A stretch of 64,000 bases of DNA from an uncultured bacterium (GTDB lineage: Bacteria > Patescibacteriota > JACMRA01): positions 512,001 to 576,000 of the forward strand of contig OY969926.1 in NCBI GenBank assembly GCA_963704645.1, given 5' to 3'. The notes below the pieces were generated by a model. The model made no database searches. It was not told where the DNA came from and saw only the letters and a program-made list of their open reading frames with translations. The position numbers and the translations under genes are program-made. Positions 57,996 to 64,000 of this stretch are shown piece after piece (position 1 is the stretch's first letter; each line of letters starts with the position of its first letter).

Positions 57996-59630
57996 ATGAA
58001 TATAAACTTAGAGTGGGCAACTTTTTTAATATCTGTTGTAGCAGTTGCTTTTTTTGCGGCAATACTTATTTTGGGTATAATTTGGATGTACAAAAAATCT
58101 AAAATAATTTGGCTTAACTACACCAGCCTGGCCATAATTTTTTGTTTGCCTTTTGAAAGAATTCCTAGTTTAGATATTGCTGGCTTAACTTTTCGTTTTT
58201 CTCAGTTTTTCACTTTGATTTCGGTGTTTATTTTTATAATTTTGTTTTTAAAAGGGCAACTCAAAAACTTTAAATGGAACCCTATTAATTATTGGCTTTT
58301 AGGTTTATTGTTAGTAACAATTCCAAGTATATTTTTTGTGGAAAATTGGTCTCGCTGGTTTATAACAACTTTTGCTACGCTTATAGTTTTTGCGGCAACT
58401 TTTATAATTGCGAATTTTTTGCAAAGCAGAATTGTGGCAGTTGTCGGCTTGATTCTAAGTTTAACTTTAGTTGGCCTGTTTGGCTATTTTCAATTTTTTG
58501 GAGATCTTATTGGCTTACCAACAAACATTACTTTTTTAAAAGAAACTTATACTAAAAAAGTCTTTGGCTTTCCACGGGTTCAGGGTACGGCTGCAGAACC
58601 GCTTTATTTTGCAGGAATGTTATTCTTACCAATTTATCTTTTCTTAATTTTGTATTTAAAAAACATTTCCAAACAAACCAGCCAACTTGCTTCTAAATTT
58701 AGTGAAATTAAAAGTCGTTTCAAAGACTTTAAAACTTTAAGTATTGTTGAATCTGTTTTCAAAAAATATCTTTGGTTTGGTAAAATTTATACGCTTCTAG
58801 AATTTGCAATATCTAAAATTTATTCATTATTTTTCGGTAAAATTGCTTCCAATATATTTTTATCCTTAATTATTTTCTTTTCAGTTTTATTCGCAATAAC
58901 AATTGCCAAAAGTGCTTGGTTAGCTTTATTTTTAACTTTACCAGTATTATTAATTTATACTTTTAAAATATTTAATTGGAAGAAAATATTAGCCCAAATT
59001 ATTATATTTTTGTCTATTCTTACACCAATTTTATATTTTAGTTACTTATCATTTAAGCCCGTTAAATATAGTGCAGATAAAGTAATTGAAAATTTTAGTG
59101 AAACTATTTTAGGTGTTTCTTCTACATCAACTGAGCGGGAAAGTTTTCAAAGTGTTGCTACATCTTTATTGCCTTATTCTGGTTTGGTTGGTATTGGAAA
59201 TGGGCAATACGGTATTCAATCTGAGAGGGTTTTGCGTTCTTTGAAAACAGACAGTAATCAGTTTTTTATAGTTAATAATGTTTATTTAGAAATTTGGTTA
59301 GAGCTTGGAATAGTGTTTCTAATAATTTTTATTTTAATGTGGATTTGGGTTTTGTTCAGCGGTTTCAAGACTATTAATAATTCCTTTAAACTTACCAGTA
59401 AGCCAACGCTAAATTCAAGTTTAAATAAATACAAATTAAATTTGGGCATTCAACAAATTATGCATCTGGCTATTTTATTAAGCATAATTAGTTACTTAAT
59501 TCAGTGGCAAACTTTTTCTCCAATTTACATTATGCCAATTTTTATTTTACTTGGTGTAGCTGTTAATTTCAACCAAAGCAAACCAATTTCTTCCTCTGAA
59601 AATTTAGTAATCGAAAATAAACCATTGTAG
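57996..59630 (+). CDS. O-antigen ligase/Wzy-like membrane protein
   Basis: Many TMs; RVQGTAAEPLYFA; GIGNGQY; NNVYLEIWLELG. Confidence 0.8.
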   Translation: MNINLEWATFLISVVAVAFFAAILILGIIWMYKKSKIIWLNYTSLAIIFCLPFERIPSLDIAGLTFRFSQFFTLISVFIFIILFLKGQLKNFKWNPINYWLLGLLLVTIPSIFFVENWSRWFITTFATLIVFAATFIIANFLQSRIVAVVGLILSLTLVGLFGYFQFFGDLIGLPTNITFLKETYTKKVFGFPRVQGTAAEPLYFAGMLFLPIYLFLILYLKNISKQTSQLASKFSEIKSRFKDFKTLSIVESVFKKYLWFGKIYTLLEFAISKIYSLFFGKIASNIFLSLIIFFSVLFAITIAKSAWLALFLTLPVLLIYTFKIFNWKKILAQIIIFLSILTPILYFSYLSFKPVKYSADKVIENFSETILGVSSTSTERESFQSVATSLLPYSGLVGIGNGQYGIQSERVLRSLKTDSNQFFIVNNVYLEIWLELGIVFLIIFILMWIWVLFSGFKTINNSFKLTSKPTLNSSLNKYKLNLGIQQIMHLAILLSIISYLIQWQTFSPIYIMPIFILLGVAVNFNQSKPISSSENLVIENKPL

Positions 59631-59644
59631 CCGCAAATATTTGT

Positions 59645-60307
59645 ATGAACAAAAAACAATATCTTCTTCGTAGTTATCTTGTAGCTAATCTTGTAAAATT
59701 AGGCATTGTAATATATTGGGAAAATGACGAACCAGATAACAATTTAGAAATAAATAGTTGGCTACAATTAAATTGGGGTTTGGGCAGGTTAGAGCTAGAA
59801 AATGTAGTAGACGGTCTAGGCAAATTAAAAAGTTTGTTTGCTAAACTAAGTCAGGATTTAGTAAAAATAGAAGGTGATATTGCCTTGCCCGGTGATTCCA
59901 GAAATAATTTAAATAAGTTAAAATTAGAATGGAACTATTTAGGTAATTCTGTTGATAGGGAAAATTATTTGTTGGAACTTACCAATTTCTTTTGGCAAAG
60001 TCAGAACGAAGAGCTTGTTCTTGGTCATAGTCAGTTTGTAAATTGGATGGAAGAACCTTGGCAAATTATTAATTTTGCAGAAGAGCTTGGTTTAAATTTA
60101 CCTTTGGCAGCTAATCAATTTAGCCAAAATAGTTTAAACTTATTTGATAACCTAGAAAAAAACTTAGACGGATGTACTTTTCAGCCATATTTAATTGTGT
60201 CAGCTCAGTCTAGTTTTCAGTTCAAAATTTCTTTAGAAAACAAGTCGGTTTTGTCTGGTGTAATTATTCCAGCTGGTGATATTGCTTATCTAGAACTTTA
60301 TTTATAA
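59645..60307 (+). CDS. Hypothetical protein
   Basis: 220-aa ATG ORF upstream of rnc. Confidence 0.6.
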   Translation: MNKKQYLLRSYLVANLVKLGIVIYWENDEPDNNLEINSWLQLNWGLGRLELENVVDGLGKLKSLFAKLSQDLVKIEGDIALPGDSRNNLNKLKLEWNYLGNSVDRENYLLELTNFFWQSQNEELVLGHSQFVNWMEEPWQIINFAEELGLNLPLAANQFSQNSLNLFDNLEKNLDGCTFQPYLIVSAQSSFQFKISLENKSVLSGVIIPAGDIAYLELYL

Positions 60308-60351
60308 ATAATTAGTTTGACTTTAGAACACAATAAACCTATATTTAATTT

Positions 60352-61080
60352 ATGAATTTAGAAAATTTGGAAAAATCTTTAGGATATACCTTTCAAAATA
60401 AAAAGTTGTTGCTTCAAGCCTTGGTGCATAAAAGTTATTTAAACGACAGATTCCATAATAAAGATATTACAGAGCACAACGAACGTTTAGAGTTTTTAGG
60501 CGACGCCATACTAGAAGTAATTGTAACTGATTATTTGTACAAAAATATTCCAGAACAAGAAGGGGTTTTAACAGCATTAAGAGCGGCATTGGTTAACTAC
60601 AAAACTATGGGTGAAGTTGGGGTGAAGTTAGGTTTAGAAGATTTAATTTTACTTTCTAAAGGTGAGCGGGAAGAGCTTGGAAAGGCCAGACTAAGTATTG
60701 TTGCAGATACCTCTGAGGCTATAATTGGAGCTATGTATCTAGACGGTGGAATGGTCCCTTGCATTAGTTTAATTCAAAAAGAGTTATTGATTTATTTACC
60801 AAATATTATTGCTACTGAAAGTTGGAAAGATGCCAAAACTATAATGCAAGAATACTGCCAGAAACATACTAGAATAACTCCAAGATATAAGTTAATTTCC
60901 AGTGAAGGGAAAGATCATGTAAAACTTTTTACAATTGGAGTTTGGGTTGGAACTGAAAAAATGGGAGAAGGGCAGGGTAAAAGTAAGCAAGATGCTGAAA
61001 CTGAAGCGGCTAAAGAAGCTTTGCTAAACCTAAAAAAGCAATACGAGGTTGAAGAGTTTCAAACAACTGTGGAAATCTAA
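60352..61080 (+). CDS. rnc: Ribonuclease III
   Basis: HNERLEFLGDAIL; dsRBD GEGQGKSKQDAETEAA. Confidence 0.97.
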   Translation: MNLENLEKSLGYTFQNKKLLLQALVHKSYLNDRFHNKDITEHNERLEFLGDAILEVIVTDYLYKNIPEQEGVLTALRAALVNYKTMGEVGVKLGLEDLILLSKGEREELGKARLSIVADTSEAIIGAMYLDGGMVPCISLIQKELLIYLPNIIATESWKDAKTIMQEYCQKHTRITPRYKLISSEGKDHVKLFTIGVWVGTEKMGEGQGKSKQDAETEAAKEALLNLKKQYEVEEFQTTVEI

Positions 61081-61177
61081 AAGTTGTAGAATTTAATACT
61101 GCCTATTGTACGGGAGTATAGTTTTTGCCAGAATGTAGTTTGTAAACTATAATTAAAAAAACAAAAATAAAATAATT

Positions 61178-62902
61178 ATGAATCAAGTTAAACCCGATGA
61201 AGTTTATAAAAGTGTTGTTGGTAGAAAAGATCCAATTGTAAAATTAGATCAAGCTCCAAAAGGCCCTAATTCTGGTCTATTTTTAGATTTAAAAAGAAAC
61301 AAAGTAACAAAATATTTACTGGCTAGTTTGCTTGTGGCATTTAGTTTTGCAGCAATAGGTTTTGGGTTTGCAAATAGTTCCTTAAACCCTGAATTAGCCA
61401 AAGCTACATCGCTGCCTCAACCCTATGCACAAATTACTTCAATTAATGTTGTTGGTTTAAATTATTCAGTAAATTTTACCACAGATGGTTATACAAATGT
61501 ACAAGGTGGCATGCATACTCACTTTTATTTTAATAACGAAGATAGTACCGTAATGAATAAAATGTATACTGGAGCTTCTCCATATATTTTACCAATTGGT
61601 CTTGAAATATTGAATGGTGCGACCGAGTTGTGTGTAGTAGCTAGTAACCCCGATCATTCTATAATTTTAAACTCTGGAAACTGTGTAAGTATAACAGATT
61701 CAATTGTAAGAACCGGGGGCGATGTACTTGCAGCCAATGGAGTTACTAATTTACAAGCAGCCACTACAGAAAGTGGTGTAAATATAACATACAACACAGC
61801 TGTTGCCACTACTCAAACCATTAGTGTTGGTTTAACTGCTTCTACAACTGCCCCTGTAACTATTTCTAACGAAATTAGTCCAACAACAAATCATACTATT
61901 TCCCTAAGTAATTTACTTCCTTGTACCAATTATTACTTTACTTTAACAGTTAATGTAAGCGGACAAAATATTGTGTTGCCTGCACAAGAATTTAATTCTG
62001 GTGGTTGCGAAGGAGACATTAATCCAGAAAGAACCCTTACTGATCAAGTGATAACCACAGCGGCTAAGGTATTGTCAGAATTAGATACAAATTCCAAGGG
62101 TATTATTTTAAATATTCCTGCAGGTACTTTTACTGAAAATAGAATTGTGCAAATTTCCAAACTTGAACAAGCTGTAAACGAAGTAACAAATGGTTTAACC
62201 ACCGCTCCTACCTTGCCAGATGGTTTGAAACCAATTGAAAGCCATGTTTATGAAATTAAAAACTATGTAAATGGTTTACTTGCACCTTCCACAGATTTTA
62301 ATTTACCAATTAACTTCACTATTAATTATAGTCCGTCAGATATTGCAGGTGTAGACCCTGAGAGTTTAACAGTAAAAAGTTGGGATGGCGTGGTTTGGAA
62401 GAATCACGTTTGTACAAACGACCTAGCTTTAGGCCAGTTAACTTGTTCAACAAATCACTTCACTACTTTCGTATTAGCAGGAAGCCCTTCTGCACCAAAC
62501 ACTATTGTTTGTACCCAAACAGATCCTTGTGCCTTTTTTGAATCTAACTTAACTTTTAGTCCATTACAATCGGCTGCTAAAAGATATGGTGCTAGCGGAA
62601 CTGCAAATACAGGTAATTTAACTTTAACAATAAATGATGGTCGTTTAGAAAGCACTTCTTTGTGTACATTCAAATACAAATTCAGAACAGATACCACTTG
62701 GCGTACTTTAGCTACAGACGTTGCTTACAATACTACTTCTGGTTGTTCAGCTACATTGCTTCCTGCAGATCAACTTTTGTTTAACGTAGACTTTGAAATT
62801 ACAGCTAGAACAGACACTACAAACTACTTCTTGATGTATTCAAACTACGATTTTAAAGCAGGATCTATTGGAGTAACAAGTATTGGTGGAACTGGTTTAT
62901 AG
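61178..62902 (+). CDS. Membrane-anchored Thr-rich surface protein with FN3/Ig-like modules
   Basis: TM near the N-terminus; HTISLSNLLPCTNYYF; TNHFTTF. Confidence 0.65.
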   Translation: MNQVKPDEVYKSVVGRKDPIVKLDQAPKGPNSGLFLDLKRNKVTKYLLASLLVAFSFAAIGFGFANSSLNPELAKATSLPQPYAQITSINVVGLNYSVNFTTDGYTNVQGGMHTHFYFNNEDSTVMNKMYTGASPYILPIGLEILNGATELCVVASNPDHSIILNSGNCVSITDSIVRTGGDVLAANGVTNLQAATTESGVNITYNTAVATTQTISVGLTASTTAPVTISNEISPTTNHTISLSNLLPCTNYYFTLTVNVSGQNIVLPAQEFNSGGCEGDINPERTLTDQVITTAAKVLSELDTNSKGIILNIPAGTFTENRIVQISKLEQAVNEVTNGLTTAPTLPDGLKPIESHVYEIKNYVNGLLAPSTDFNLPINFTINYSPSDIAGVDPESLTVKSWDGVVWKNHVCTNDLALGQLTCSTNHFTTFVLAGSPSAPNTIVCTQTDPCAFFESNLTFSPLQSAAKRYGASGTANTGNLTLTINDGRLESTSLCTFKYKFRTDTTWRTLATDVAYNTTSGCSATLLPADQLLFNVDFEITARTDTTNYFLMYSNYDFKAGSIGVTSIGGTGL

Positions 62903-62932
62903 AATATAAAAGAAATATCGATATTGTAATTT

Positions 62933-62953
62933 CCACCCTTCGGGGTGGTTTTT
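62933..62953 (+). terminator. Rho-independent terminator
   Basis: CCACCC-TTCG-GGGTGG followed by a T-tract. Confidence 0.8.
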
Positions 62954-63390
62954 ATTAATTTAAATTGGAACAATTCTACAACTATAAAGCAAAAATGTTA
63001 CTCACATTAAACTTCTTTAGAGTTAAATAATTTAGTGCGTTTTAAGTTTTTATAAAATGCTTAAAATAGTGTTTCTAATTTCTCGAAATAATGCTTAACA
63101 AGTTTACGATAATTTTTAATATAAATAGGAAGTTAAAAAACTTCAGTTACCTAGATGGTGGCAAGTTGTACCATTTTGAAAAAATTGTTTCCTTAAAAAT
63201 ATTAAACTGTAACTTAAATTTTTATGGATTTACGCATCCATTAATACAATATTTGTACTACATTTTCTTACTGTTTTTTATTGCAAATATTTTGCATTAA
63301 GCAACCGTAAATCTTGACAATTTCAAGAATTTATGAAAGCTTGGCTTCATGTAATACCTTTAGTATTGCAATTTAAATTTTTTACAGCAT

Positions 63391-63636
63391 ATGTCATCAC
63401 TTATAGTTTCATTAATCATTGGAGGACTAGCCGGTTGGTTAGCTGGAATAATTAGAAAAGGAAGTGGCTTTGGCCTGCTGACCAACATTGGTGTTGGAAT
63501 TTTAGGAGGGTTTTTAGGAAACATACTTTTTGGCTTCCTAGGAATTCAAGGCGATGGTTTTATTGCCAGTCTTATTATTTCTACCCTTGGTGCTGTGGTC
63601 TTATTAGCAATTCTAAGTTTCTTCCAAAAAAATTAA
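63391..63636 (+). CDS. GlsB/YeaQ/YmgE (transglycosylase-associated) membrane protein
   Basis: IIGGLAGWLAG...G.G...NI.VGILGG. Confidence 0.9.
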   Translation: MSSLIVSLIIGGLAGWLAGIIRKGSGFGLLTNIGVGILGGFLGNILFGFLGIQGDGFIASLIISTLGAVVLLAILSFFQKN

Positions 63637-63686
63637 CTTGTTTCTTGCAATAGATTCCTGCCCAAAAATATTAAATTTTATATACT

Positions 63687-64000
63687 ATGACATCAAATCT
63701 AACAGAAAACCTTGTTAAAGCTACTAACGTAATTGGTTTAAAAGTACTTTCGAAAGAAAATGGTTTGCAGTTCTCAAAAGTTAAAGACATAATATACGAT
63801 CCACAAACTCAGACAGTTGCTTATTTAGTAACTAACGAAGGTGGTTGGTTCTCGGAAGCTAAGGTAATCCCTTTTTCTTCAATAGATATTATTGGTCCTG
63901 ACAGAGTTATGGTGCCAAACGAGTTCGTTGAGGTAAAAGCTTCTATGTCTGGATACGACTTAAACACGCTAATTCAGAACGACGATATAATAAAAAACCT
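63687..64000 (+). CDS. PRC-barrel domain protein (partial)
   Basis: Manual translation ...VIGLKVLSKENG..VKDIIYDP...GGWFSEAKVIPFSSIDIIGPD. Confidence 0.75.
   Translation, partial: MTSNLTENLVKATNVIGLKVLSKENGLQFSKVKDIIYDPQTQTVAYLVTNEGGWFSEAKVIPFSSIDIIGPDRVMVPNEFVEVKASMSGYDLNTLIQNDDIIKN

Noticed and set aside
1-64000. Alternative genetic code (TGA=Gly, Gracilibacteria/SR1)
   Set aside because: Long conserved genes translate fully under the standard code, and the alaS break is a TAG followed by 2 kb of other genes

Overview
AT-rich bacterial chromosome segment, standard genetic code, with several features typical of Patescibacteria/CPR: C1-G72 tRNA-Tyr, DUF4012 and PEGA proteins, a short AlaRS C-terminus, rplK with no adjacent rplA, and many apparently leaderless genes. 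The lineage is inferred, not searched. Housekeeping genes (grpE, ndk, jag, mraY, polA, rplK, ftsX, rnc, tRNA-Gly, tRNA-Tyr) are mixed with a surface-glycan cluster, TA genes, orphans and four secreted proteins that share a Trp-rich lectin-like propeller. Most notable: (1) a partial Na+-type V/A-ATPase operon (D, small subunit, I, K) with a beta-carbonic-anhydrase-like gene coupled between I and K; (2) an alanyl-tRNA synthetase split into separate genes with two foreign ORFs between them; (3) two 1080-bp IS481 copies inserted at the same base of the same REP-like hairpin, in opposite orientations; (4) a 45-bp covarying palindromic element found both intergenically and in frame inside polA; (5) a crtI/crtB/crtYcd/crtR-like carotenoid set plus a lipid desaturase; (6) a 116-nt rod-like RNA candidate abutting tRNA-Gly. 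All calls are from visual motif recognition; no database searches were run.
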